Assembly: GCA_973895155.1 (NCBI GenBank)
Contig: OZ316897.1
Location: 2,297,312-2,361,311, forward strand
Direction of reading: 5' to 3'
DNA from: Marsupella aquatica
Taxonomy: Eukaryota > Plantae > Marchantiophyta
DNA: 64,000 nt
Part shown: positions 51,023 to 62,857 of the stretch, in pieces
Layout: each line of letters opens with the position of its first letter
Position numbering within the stretch: position 1 is the first letter of the stretch
The notes under the pieces: model-generated
What the model was told of the DNA's origin: nothing
Databases searched by the model: none
The model's input: the letters and a program-made list of their open reading frames with translations, nothing else
Position numbers and translations under genes: made by a program

Positions 51023-51388
51023 CTAAGCAATGCTGCAAGACGACGGCGAGCAACCAAACTCGCATGCGACCCATACAGTATTCTTGAACACAGGCGTAAA
51101 CGAGTACTGTCGTCCAGGAGTAGAGTATTGGACTACGGCGGGAATACTGGCTGGATCGAAAGAGGCTTCAAAGCCTGCTTGGCAGCTGAATTGGTAGGCA
51201 CCATCACTTGTCACGGGCTCGTCGATCGAGCACACATCATAGCTATTGTCGTTGAGATCTCCTGTCATGTTGATAGACGGATTGGTGGGATCTCCAGCAT
51301 AAGTTAATTGCGCTACGAAAGTGACGCAGCCATGAGCGCGTTGGCAAAGTAGGAGGACAGTGACGAGGACTACTAATTTGCACTCCAT
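51023..51388 (-). CDS. Small secreted cysteine-rich protein (121 aa), intronless, function unknown
   Basis: MECKLVVLVTVLLLCQRAHG signal peptide, then a mature domain with 6 Cys. The TATA-like tatatata at about 51424-51431 favours the ATG at 51388 over the one at 51424. Confidence 0.75.
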   Translation of the reverse strand: MECKLVVLVTVLLLCQRAHGCVTFVAQLTYAGDPTNPSINMTGDLNDNSYDVCSIDEPVTSDGAYQFSCQAGFEASFDPASIPAVVQYSTPGRQYSFTPVFKNTVWVACEFGCSPSSCSIA

Positions 51389-53150
51389 TGCGAACTCTGA
51401 TGGTGTGATCGACCTGCCTACCATATATATAGATAATTATACCAGAGTAGATACCATCAGCTCCAACCCTCGTGGCTATCTTCTCTCGGTGATCGACTAA
51501 ACCTTATCCTGAGACGAGCTCCTGGACATGCTCGGTGAGGTATCTCTAGCCACCATTGTCATGCAGACTGATGGGGAAGTACCTCCCAGTAGCATCAAAA
51601 CGATTAACGTCAAACCTAGCGACAATGTATATAATTGACCCTTCAACAAATTAAAAGTCATCTAGAATCAGAACCAGAGCATATTCGTTGGATGCATGCA
51701 TTCACGACAGTAATTGTTTTATTGTTTTCTGTCTGTTACCATATTAATAATCTATCTATTAATTACTCAATAACACATCTACGTGAATAGGCCGTAAACC
51801 CGGCCCTAAACTAACACTAAAACTTCAGGCAATGACCTTGCAAAGGGCCTCACTCTTTCCACCTCTATATCTCTCTCTTCCAACTTCTGAATCAAAAGTA
51901 TTTTAAATCTAATAACCATCCCCGTAAGCATCGCCATAACTTACCCGATCATAACATTTTAGATCGTGTCTCATAAATTACAGTCAGTATATGGTGATAT
52001 TTGATCCAAATTGAACTCGTGCAATTAAGCTCAATTGACGGGGCAAGTGCGTGATATCCTATGTGTGATCGAAAGGTCGCCTTTATCCAGAGGAAATTGG
52101 ATAGGCCCATTATTTGAAGGACTCTCGAAACAATCGATCAGTAGCCTGACGTAATCATAGCACACCACTCAATTCAATTCATATTCTCCTGTACTAAATT
52201 GTCACTTTACTAACTTGTTACTTCATGACTGGCAGCGCTCAAGTGCCAACAATCACGAAGCAAGTCTTTTGTCCCCGCTTTGTCGTCATTCTCGGCGGTG
52301 TTTATGACTGCCATTACATATACATTGTATATATCACTAAAAGTCACTTTAGCCAATTTGAGTACTTGGTTCAGGATCACTGGACCAAGTGCTGCCTCGT
52401 GGTAAGTCTTCTGACATACAGTCATACAGTCAGGTTGCCACCAAGCACATGAAGGAACGTTTTAGACTTTGCGTTCGAGTTCGAATGACAATTTGGTCCA
52501 TAGCTAGGAGGTAAGGATTTCTAAACCCTAAACCCTTCGCGGCAACCATGGAAACAAGTTTCTCACTCAGACTCTCTCAGTGTCCCCTGTACGCGCGCTG
52601 TCTTTCAGAATACGGAGTCAAGAGTATATTTTTATTTTACTAAGTAGGGTCTCCATGTAGCCCATTCGATGTGATCATGTCGATGAAGATACCAAAACCC
52701 GCACCTCAGAGTACAATCAAAATTCACTAGTAAGGGACTTCGTTCGAAACGGAGACTAGGCATACCTTGGCAACGACAAACGAAAGTGAAAACATGAAGG
52801 GAAAGACCCGCATACGCCAACATTGATAATTATTAAATCCATAAACACACTAAAACAATGGAAATAGCATCACTTGAAGTTCATTGTCATGTCCCAGGTA
52901 CCTAATTTCCAACTCTAAAAATGTACACTGACTTTTTCTTGTTATTGTTAGGGAGAAAGTCTGCCTAACGAGCATAGAAACGAAAATAACCATCATGGTT
53001 ATCAATTGGTATGGAACTGTCGTGAGGTCCTCGATTTCAGCAATGTGACTGTACAAATTCGACTGTCCACTGTAACGTGTTCACATGTGTCGCTCAATAG
53101 AGAACGCAGACCAGAGCTCTTTTAATTCAGATTAGCAGGCCTAATTCCAG

Positions 53151-55084
53151 CTAGTAACTCCTGGGTCTAGAGTGAATCCACCAGAGAAGATTGGAAAGAG
53201 AGTTTCCACCATCATGATCTGCAAGCTGGGAAACTATCTTATGAGCAGTATCTGGTTGATAAATAGCCATTAAGGCATATACGAACCCTTTCCACACATC
53301 TTCGCCTCCATTCCTCTTCAGAGGTAGCAGGGCCCACTCCACTAGCTCCTGTACGCGCTCCTTGTCCCGGAATAGTTCCTCGCTAATGGGTGTGATGGGG
53401 AGAACTTGTATTCCCAGTCTCACCTCTCGACAATCTCTGGAGGCAAACCACAGGCCACTGTCCCTCTTGTTGGCCCATAAGACACCAACGACACGATTTT
53501 CTTCCACAAACTCAGGCTCGTAGAGAGTACTATCACGTCTAATATGCCAGAGCGATTGGGTGGCACGAATTTCCAGAGCGGCGAGAGTCATACCAAGATG
53601 AACTACATGGGCATCATTATATGCTAAGCCCACCAGAGCAGCTGAGTAGTAAGCATTGATTGACTCACTGGTGTTCTCTTGACTGCTCCCGTCCCTATAC
53701 TCTGTAAGGCCTCCAGACCAAGAGTGTAACTTCCAAGGATCAAAGCATCTTAAACGTGGAAAAAACGAATCAGTAGAAGTATAGGTCATGAAGTCCGCCA
53801 CTAGGGCATAGAGATGGCTCTTGAATGCACAAGCCCAAGGAGGGTCCAACTTCGCCAGTACAGCCCCGGCATAGCAAAAGTAGCCATGGAATAAATGATG
53901 ACTATCGTATATTCCCGAGCCAAAGTCAGCTCTTGCATCTTCAGATCCATTTCTGCTCACCAGACCTCCCCATTTGGGATCACCAAAAGTTCCACTGAAC
54001 CAAAGAGTAATTGAAGCAACCAAAACCCCTCGAACCGTTTCCACCAACTGAGGGCTCCCAATTTCCTCGGCTATCAGTGCCAGTCTCGCTGCTCGAGCTA
54101 GAGCTTTCCCGTGAAAGCAAGCAGAGGGCTCAAGAATTGGTTTCAAACAGCAACATCGATCTCAAGAGCAAGTAGAACGTCATTCCGACCTTCACCCACG
54201 CCGTGTGCTGCGTACCAATTTACCGAGAGGTGAGTTTCCTTCAGAATCCAAGTGTCGCCCATAACTCCTTGCAAGGCTCCATCAATACTGGAATAGGAGA
54301 GAGATGGGAGTTGTAAGATTGGGTGGCTTGAGAGAATCTCCCGGTGGTTAGGAAGACTCAGCATCAAAAGGTCACCCCAGCCGCTCTTCTCCCAGACATA
54401 TTTGACCTCGAACGGAACAGACAAATCCGCCATTCCTCCTACTGGATAACACTTGCTGTACCGGTCCAAAATTGAAGAGCTTAATTTCTCACCACCCGGA
54501 ATCATAGCAATCCTCACGACACCGGTAAATTTGTGACTTCCTACAACGCTCACGTTCAAATTCTTGTCCAAACGCAGAGGCGATGAGCAATAGATGACCC
54601 AAGTTTGCTCATTGTTCATCACGAGCTTATGCCGAGTGGAATGCTCTTTGGATTTCAGCTTGAGAACTGCGTGAGCTGTTGACAAAATTGGAGTTACGTT
54701 CTTGAAGAGAAAGGTAACGTAAGGACTCCCACGGACCAAAGGCACGCTTAGCCTCGAGCCAAAGGTTAAGGTGACACTCAAATCATCGTAGTGGGAGAGA
54801 ACATGAGAAACTTGGCCCTCTTCTCGACACGAGACGGAAATGTTTTTAACGAAGTGTTGCCAGATGACGTCGGGATTGTGCCCCCTGGTTGGGTAGCAGA
54901 TGCTGAGCTTGCCACTAGAGGACTGGATCATGTAGGGGTGGAGGTGCTCTGCACACGAGCCCTGGTTGAGCACGAAATTGAGCCAGGCTGAATTGGTGGG
55001 CAGAGGCGGATTCCGCCCTGCCCAGAGCTTGCTTGGATTCGGAAGCGCTGTCCCATTCTTCACGTTTGGAAAGGGCTGAGACAT
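53151..55084 (-). pseudogene. Glycoside hydrolase family 81 endo-1,3-beta-glucanase (beta-glucan-binding protein family), frameshifted at about 54147
   Basis: PLPTNSAWLNF, LVRGSPY, CYPVGG, GDLLML and YSSIDG in ORF 54143-55093 continue as GKALARAARLALIAEE, KWGGLV, FPRLRCFD..HSW, QENTSE, VVGVLWANKRD and LGIQVLP in ORF 53151-54146. One base is missing at the junction. Confidence 0.88.
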
Positions 55085-55786
55085 TGTCACCACCCGGTTG
55101 AACTACTCCCAACAGAAAAGCGAAGATGATGACGATGGCTCATGGGATTTGTATAATCTGTGCTCTCTCTCTCTCTCTCTCTCTCGATCGATCGAAGGAC
55201 AGACACCCACTACATGACGAGGTCTGCTTATAAACCTTTTCTGTGATAAAATTTTCACATGATTCATCGTACACTTTCATGCTTCACTGGTCTCAAAAAT
55301 CATTGATTGATAGACGTCTCAAAAATCATTGATTGATAGACGTGACCCGTGCCGCAACTTTGCGCCGCCAGTGACCATCAATCATGATTATATGTGTTGT
55401 GGACACATGTGTTGTACGTTCACGCTAGGAATTGAGAGGAAGAGTGAAGTAATTTTAGAGTGACGAGGATACTGCACTGTAACGCTCCAGTAGACTGGCA
55501 CTGACCTTGTTGATGAATTGGAGTGGGTCCATGTGGAGATCTCGACCTCTACCGTGGATACTGTCCGGAGTGTGGTGCTCAAGGGGCTACTAGACCATCA
55601 TGCTGTATCCTGAGGAAAGTTTTGATCATTTGCAGATATTGAATGACATCGCTAGACGAATGTTCATACGCTCTTCAGTCACATAGGTCTAGTCCAAAAC
55701 TCCGTTAAATTCGACCCTATGAAGTGCCTTGACATGGATGCACTGCACCTTCATAAATATGAGAGAATTATCATAATTATAGCAAA

Positions 55787-56092
55787 CCAGGGCCATGCCG
55801 GTGCTGCGTTGCACAATTGGGTGAGTGAGAATGGGAAGCATGGCCTATGTCAATTATGAGGCAGGAGTTGTAGGCAGTGGGACATACCCCTCCTGAGGCC
55901 CGATGTCAGGACGGAGTACCCCTGTCTCGCCCCTTTTTGCATTCAAGGGTCCCCTTTTTGCATTGAACGGTCCTGCTCATAACTGTTTTTGTAAGCGGAC
56001 TACAGCTGATCATTCCTGCTCATATTAACTGTTTTTGTAAGCGGACGATGGACGAAATTTGGGGGATTGGATATTATAGTTGTATATATACA
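55787..56092 (-). mobile_element. Degenerate small Helitron
   Basis: The minus-strand 5' end TGTATATATACAACTATAATA resembles that of 20209-20540. The 3' end is GTGCAACGCA..CGGCATGGCCCTGG followed by T. Internal 30-bp duplication. Confidence 0.5.
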
Positions 56093-56238
56093 TACAATCC
56101 AAACCCTATGAAGTGCCTTGACATGGATGCACCCCATCTTCATCAATATGAGAGTAACATAATCAAAACAAATGTACAGATGACAATAAGAGTGAACCCC
56201 TAGTGTATTTTTCCATTTCTATGGATTGTTATTAGTCA

Positions 56239-57912
56239 CTAACCCCATGCCCGTGCTTTGCACGAAAGATGTTTCAGAGTGAGGTCAAGATGTTGAGGTG
56301 AGGGCAAGATTTTAAGTGAGGGCAAGATTTCAAGTGAGGGCAAGATATTGAGGTGAAGACAAAATTTCTAGGTGAGGGCAAGACGTCAAGGTGAGGGCAA
56401 GATTCCGAGTGAGGGCTGGATGTCGAGGTGAATGCAACATTTTAAGGTGAGGGCAAGATGTTGAGGCAAGCCTGGGCAAGATGTCGAGGAGAGACAAAGA
56501 TATCGAGGAGAGGGTAAGATATCGAGGAGATGCAAAGATGTCGAGGAGAGGCAAAGATGTCGAGGGGAGGGAAAGATGTCAAGGAGAGGCAAAAATGTTT
56601 AGATGAGGGCAAGATGTCAAGACAAGGGCCAGATGTCGAGGAGAGGCAAAGATGTTGAGACGAGGGCAAGGTGTTAAGGAGAGACAAAGATGTTGAGGAG
56701 AGGGTAGGATGTCAAGGAGATGCAAAGATGTTGAGGCGAGGGCAAGATGCCGAGCTCGATGCCAAGGAGATGCAAAGATGTTGAGACGAGGGCAAGATGA
56801 CGAAGATGCAACGATGTCGAGGCGAGGGCAAGATGTCAAGGGGGGGAAGAGGTCAAGCAAGGTCAAAGCAAGGTCAAAGCAAGGCAAAAGACAAATAATT
56901 ACGGAGAAAGGCAATGTTTAGAAATAAATTAAAGGAAAAAAAACAAAAAGACAGACACAAAAGGCAAAGGGGGAGAAACCCAACATATCAAAAGGGAGTT
57001 AGAGGAGATCGTATCCAGAGCTATCAATGGAGTTTTGGAGATCAAGGGTCAACAAAAAACTTATTTTCCATCCAATGGTTGAGGTTAAATCCGGCCCAAT
57101 CTTGTGATCGTAAGCAGATGATGCCCATAAATGGATGGGATCCCTTATTGTGTGATAGCCCGATGCCCAGAAGAATTTGAGGCAAGGCAAGGATGTAGAG
57201 GCAAAGTTAGGAGAGATGTCAAGGCAAGGCAACAAAATTGAAGCGAGCAAAAATGTCAAGGCGAAGCAAGACAAAGATGTTGAGGCAAGACAACAATGTC
57301 GAGGAGGGAAACACTTTTTGTTGTAATGTTCAATTTTTCAAGTTTTTGATAAATAAGTATTTTTATGCACAAAAAACTATAAGTTTTCTATCATGGAAAA
57401 GCTCTTGGCCGGCAAAAATATTATCCCCTCTATCATTTTCTTGCTTTGTAGTTTTTCCATGTCCTCAAATTTATTTTACTTCTTTTTTTCCCTTATCTTC
57501 AGAAACCAACCCTCTTCCCTCTCACTCCTTGTGGCTTGTCCCCTTTCTCTTCGGTAGTCATGATACCCTGGGAGAGTAATATATAATAATACTCTATGCA
57601 AAATCCAAAAAGTTTGACATGCCACAAAAGTTTCTGGTTGGGATGTGTGTAATTTCATAAAGAGAAAGATACATATTAGATGATGTCACATAAGAATGTA
57701 CATAAGAATCATCTCATGTAGTATGTATTCTACTATAAAGAGAAGTATATCATTTGACACTCCTGGTCAATCAATCCAAGAGTACACAAAAAACTTAAAA
57801 GTAATCTAACAACTTAGATTAAATCCCTCCATTTTCAAGTTGGTAAGCGGACGAAAGTGCTTTTTGGTGGCATTGCATGCTTTTTGGCGGCATTGCATAT
57901 TATAGATGTAGA
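56239..57912 (-). mobile_element. Non-autonomous Helitron with an internal 19-bp minisatellite
   Basis: The minus strand starts A|TCTACATCTATAATA (57912) and ends with hairpin CGTGCAAAGCACG-GGCATGGGG-TTAG|T (56239). Confidence 0.75.
56270..56840. repeat. Degenerate 19-20-bp tandem array (consensus about gagggcaagatgtcgaggt)
   Basis: Roughly 28-30 head-to-tail units with no spacers. Confidence 0.92.
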
Positions 57913-57938
57913 TTACCTTTGTCAGTCTGGCCCCTCCT

Positions 57939-58355
57939 GTTAGCCTGGGGTTATGAGATGTTAGTCTGGGGTCATGAGATTTGGGCCCATTTGGCTAGCT
58001 CAGCTAGAGTGTTATCCAATTTCAGGCACAATCTCACTCTTAGCCTGGGGTTATGAGATGTTAGCCTGGGGTTATGAGATGTTAGTCTGGGGTCATGAGA
58101 TTTGGGCCCACTTGACTAGCTCAGCTAGAGTGTTATCCAATTTCAGGCACAATCTCACCTGCAATTTCAGGCACAATCTAGTTTTTGCAGGGGTTATAAG
58201 ATTTTTGACCCATCTGGCTAGTTCACCTGAAGAGTACTCCAATTTCAGGCACGATGTCAGTTTTGTTGGGGTTTCAGTTTCAGTTTGTATTGGGGCTATG
58301 AGATCTCAGCCTAGCTCGCCTGGAAGGTTATCAAATGTCAGGCACAATTTCAGTT
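57939..58355. repeat. Compound tandem repeat: 21-bp ttagcctggggttatgagatg units inside about 100-120-bp higher-order units
   Basis: Recurring block ctagctcagctagagtgttatccaatttcaggcacaatct (57995, 58115) with more diverged copies at about 58217 and about 58310. Confidence 0.85.
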
Positions 58356-59680
58356 CTTGAATAAATAAAAACAAGGCTTGACTTGCTAATCCATGGCCAC
58401 TTGGGGCCATCGGTTCCCTACACAATACCCCTTCAATGTGGGTTGAGGCTCTACCCAGATAGATGGCGGAGGGAAAGTAGACTATTATAGATACGCCAGC
58501 TCTCATCTCCATGGCCTTACAACAAGTGGAGAAGTTGTGTAAGATTTTAACACTCACCCCATCAGACTATCTCACTACATCAAAAAGTCATCTGCTCGGT
58601 GGGGCAATTTGAGAATTACCTACAACACCGTTCTAAAATGCATTGCAGGAAACAAGCTGTTCATTCATTGTAGTTCACCGACCCATAGCAACCTTGCCGA
58701 GACAACCAGTGAGAACTAATTGGCATTAAACAAATCTACCAAAGCTGCCAGCCACACACTATATCATTAACTGAAGATTGTTCTCCACGGGAAACGAGTA
58801 GGACTACCACATTCACATTCTCACACATCATTTGCAGTCATACTACAAATTATCTTTAGTCAAATGATCTGACGAGACAACCCATTCACTATGCAGCATC
58901 TGCACTCGTGCAGAAAAACAAAAGCAGGGCGGCAAACAGACTCCTGTCTCTCAATCGTGCGGACAAAAGTTTGAAGACGCTCAGTCAATAGACCTAGACC
59001 AGATGAGCTAACCCCTCTTCCTAGCCCACTGCCCAAAAGGTCATGGTGATGTCAAAATATTGAAAAGTGTTAATCAGCTACAGGGCTTCAATTTAGACCC
59101 GTTTGATTCACTCACAAATATTACAATGCGCATGATGAAGCATGAACCTACACCCCCCAAGCCTGAAGAAACCCCATAAAATCAAGAACAGCCTATCGAT
59201 TGATACCGAGCTCTATATCGTGTTTAGGGTTTAAACACTAGACCAATTGGCCATTTTGTGGATGAACATAATGGATAGATTTACTGATACAACTGGCCGA
59301 ACTGAATGTGAGTCCGGCCCAGACTACTTAATGCCAAACTAGTATATTACACTCAGGACTTCGCTGATCCGTCTACCATGCAAAAGCCGTACCAATCCGT
59401 GAGAACAATGGCAAGAGTTGCAAAGGTACATTTGACAGAAGAATCTATGTTCGACTGTTATCCACGGTTTTAGTATCCCTCCGATTGATAGAGAGTCGAG
59501 TCTCCATAACAAAAAAGAACAGTTCAAATTGCCTTGCCACTGTATATCATCCCGCAGTAAGCGCTTTGCAGCTCTTCGTGGAAATCTGGTTTGAGGCTTG
59601 GACTGCAATCCCCACTCTTCAACAACTGGGTCCACAAGCGCAAGCCAGCTCGGAAATAAAGACAACGTGTCATAGGCACT

Positions 59681-62600
59681 CTATAAGTTCAGGTAAGAGA
59701 AGACTTGAGGTGCCAGCTCAACGACTGACCAGCCAAGGCCTGCATACTGCAGAGCCCTTATGCCAGTGTCAACATCAAGAATCTCATCCTCAAAAGTGTG
59801 CAACAACCGCAACAGATAGCCTGATCTCCGACTGTCCACGGTCTCTGATCCATCCCCGTTGATCTTTCTTTTCTCTTTCAATAAGACCTCATCAATGTGA
59901 ATAGCCTTCACATAGCCCGTGGATCGAATTTGTAAGCCCAATAGATTGCACATGGATGGGAGGATCCTTATAGCCAGCTCCTTGATCAAAGCTTTCACAG
60001 CCAAGCACACCGGTAACCCAATAAGAAGTCGAAGGACCAAGGTCTGTACACCAGCAACAGACGTGAATGCGACCGCCGGCACCGAATCATGGTGATACAA
60101 TGCGTATGTCCGATGTACACCACCCACCTGAAGAACGCAAACAAAATCAGTATTCTATCAGACTCCCTAGAAGAAAACCGTCACACGGCCATCCCAGTCA
60201 ATCGCATTCACAGTGCAGACGGCTTCCACCGGTCAAAATCTTCGACTAAATAAACCTTCAAAATGCATTTTAAGGCCAAATCTTCGGCTCTTTATTCTAA
60301 CTGATATGCATGTCTAGACAATCTTTTAGATCTCATCTGTAACTAGACAGACAGCAGAGTCCGAAAAACATAAAGACGCAGCCACCCACATACTGCATTG
60401 CAAGCAGAACACCAAAATTATGGCAAATGGTCATCGTTTAGGCCAAGACCGTGTTCAATCAACGGCATGAAGTATGCAGTCCGACCCCACAAATTCAACA
60501 CCTCGCGAGGATCAGACAGTAAACCTAAATTTACCAAAAGGATACTAAATTATCAAACAAAAAGTCACCGTCCACAGCCATCTGAAGAGTGTGAAAACAT
60601 ACTATTCCAAAAGCTACTCCGTTGAAAGCAGTGTGGAACTCGAAGCTGGGATTCTGTCGCTCGGGAGATGGGTAGGCAAATAGCAATAACACTGCCATTG
60701 CAGCCCAAAAGGAGGGTACTGCAAAACGCCATACAGAATCGTTAGTCAACTGAATAGACCCACTCACAGGCCTCTCTAATCTACGTTCGGCAACGGATCA
60801 GTCTGTCAACTTGATGGTCATGAAGGAATTCCTAGCATCAATCTACGGCCAGAAAAAACCTACTCTATGCAATGCTCGCAATCATTTCAGCGGACAGAAT
60901 TACTCACCATTCTCCCCATGCACAACAAATGCATCCAAACTTTTGTAAGTTGAACACCAAAACGTTAGGATGCCAACTCCCATCAAAGCGCCGACAATTA
61001 TATCCACCGGGCTATGCATGCCTAGGTAAAGTCGACCTGCACAATCCAGTTCCAAAATTTTAAGGAAGTCGACGATGACAGCGAGGACAAGACTGATATT
61101 ATAAATGTGAACTTGTCCAGCTGGTGGATGGAGAGGGAAGAAAATAAGAGAACACATAACTTACCGTAAACAACTCCAAAAACGAGAAAGCCAACCAAAG
61201 CGGCAGCAGGCCAAAACGTCGAAACATTCCTCTCACTCATCTCGTGGAGCACAAATCTGTGGCAGAAGATTGCACGAGCATGAGAATATATCTGCGATAT
61301 CCAAATAGACTTCCTCACGAAAACCAGATACAATGCGGCAAAGCTAAGATCCCGGGACATAGAATGCCAGAAATAACTGTGCTAACCAAGCCTTACCCTG
61401 CCAAGCAGAGAGAATTAATTGTATGAGAAGATGGTAGACCATATTCTTGGGACGACTCCTCCTCCGCGTGAGTTGCAAGCAGTTTCCTAACCGGAGGTGA
61501 AGGAGGCCTAGGAGCTGACACGATGTCCTACAAAGGGAACAAAACTCATTAATACAGTTGGGTAGTTCTCAAGCCATCAACCAGAGGGGCCTAAATTGCA
61601 TGCATTGGAACGAGACATCTCAATGATAAGGAGACCACTAACAACACTTGTCATATGTTGAAATTGACAAATATTAAGGAGACCACTACACAACACTTGT
61701 TATAAGTTCACATTGACGACTTATAATCAAGCAAGAGCTAATTGAATCCAATTTTAAGTAATTGTGAAACGTCATGTAAAGCCAGAGGGGGGACCCACCT
61801 TGACACAATTCCCCAAATATATACATAGGGCCATAAGCAGCACCATATTTCTGGCAAGTCTGGGATAACCTGCCTGTTAAGTATACAACAAGAACACCAT
61901 GTCAGTCCGCAGTATACATATCCTGCACACCTACCGGGAAAAAAACAAACTTTGCTCGAAATTATTTTAACAACCAAATTGTGCCAAAAGGAGCCCGAAA
62001 GTTCCGGTTGAGGGAAGTACCCAAAATAGTAGCGGAAGAAATGTCGTGTAGAATTCCACAGAAACTGAGTAGGATAGTGAAGAAAGGAGGAGATCCAGCG
62101 TTGGATTCTGAGCAGCCTGAAAAAAATGAAAAGTGTCACTTTAGTCCAGGCGTCTTTGTAGATGATGCTGCCTCTACACCAATATAAGGCCCCAGTCCCG
62201 GGAATCCCACAAATTCGAGGGCTGCCTAGGAACAATAACTTTTCATGTAGCGAATCAAATTGCACATCAAGGGGTGGTCCTTGATTTCCATTCACGCAAA
62301 TAATTTCGGGAAGCGGCCGATACAACAATCAACGTTCACCTTGGGCCTCATATTTTGGATACTCATTCCGTCCTGATCTTGTAAGGACTGAGAAGCCCAT
62401 AGTGATTTCATGCTTAAAGTTAACCAGATTGCATCTCTCTCCCTTCTATCTCTATCCTGCCGCCCTCCTGACTCCTAATACCTGCCACTCTTCACGACCA
62501 TGTGCAAGAGTTCCCGATGGATCTATTGGTAGATCCCTGACACCAACACACCGCTTGCCAGCCTTTTCCAACCATGTCGAACACAAAATTGCAGTTGCAT

Positions 62601-62857
62601 ACAAGTGTGTGCATGTTTCCATCGAAGCCATATACCTGAAGCCGGACAATGAACGGCACGCTCTTCTCCACTCGCTTGACTACATAGGGCTGGAGAATTG
62701 ACCTCACTCGCACCGTGAGCATACTCAAACGAGCCACGTATAGCCAGCTGATGACCCCTGCAATGATGAGGACCTGCCAGACCGGGAATGTTGAGAACAC
62801 CAAGAGTTCCTCCCCTGCCCGAGTGTGATTGTTCCCGGAGAAGAATACTTCCGCCAT
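59681..62857 (-). CDS. LPPD: Lipid phosphate phosphatase delta / long-chain-base-1-phosphate phosphatase (PAP2 family), 8 exons
   Basis: Exons 62857-62636, 62116-62021, 61873-61799, 61527-61397, 61256-61165, 61036-60908, 60718-60603, 60127-59681. PAP2 motifs KDIVSAPRP, EYGLPSSH, GRLYLGMHSPVD, plus PSFEFHTAFNGVAFG and DVDTGIRALQYAGL. Confidence 0.93.

Noticed and set aside
54143-54146. 4-bp stop/start overlap between two GH81 ORFs, like bacterial translational coupling or programmed frameshifting
   Set aside because: The second start is TTG, the halves are consecutive parts of one GH81 protein, and no slippery heptamer is present. A simple 1-nt deletion or sequencing error explains it.
55085-55143. 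Hydrophobic signal-peptide-like frame and short uORF upstream of GH81
   Set aside because: The hydrophobic frame has no ATG and is out of frame with GH81. The uORF (55143-55087) has no supporting evidence.
56270-56840. Regular short repeats resembling a CRISPR array
   Set aside because: The units are head-to-tail and degenerate with no unique spacers, there are no cas genes, and the context is eukaryotic. It is a minisatellite.
61738-62328. 196-aa ORF inside the LPP delta locus
   Set aside because: It crosses introns and reads exons 2-3 in the wrong frame. The spliced model explains the region.
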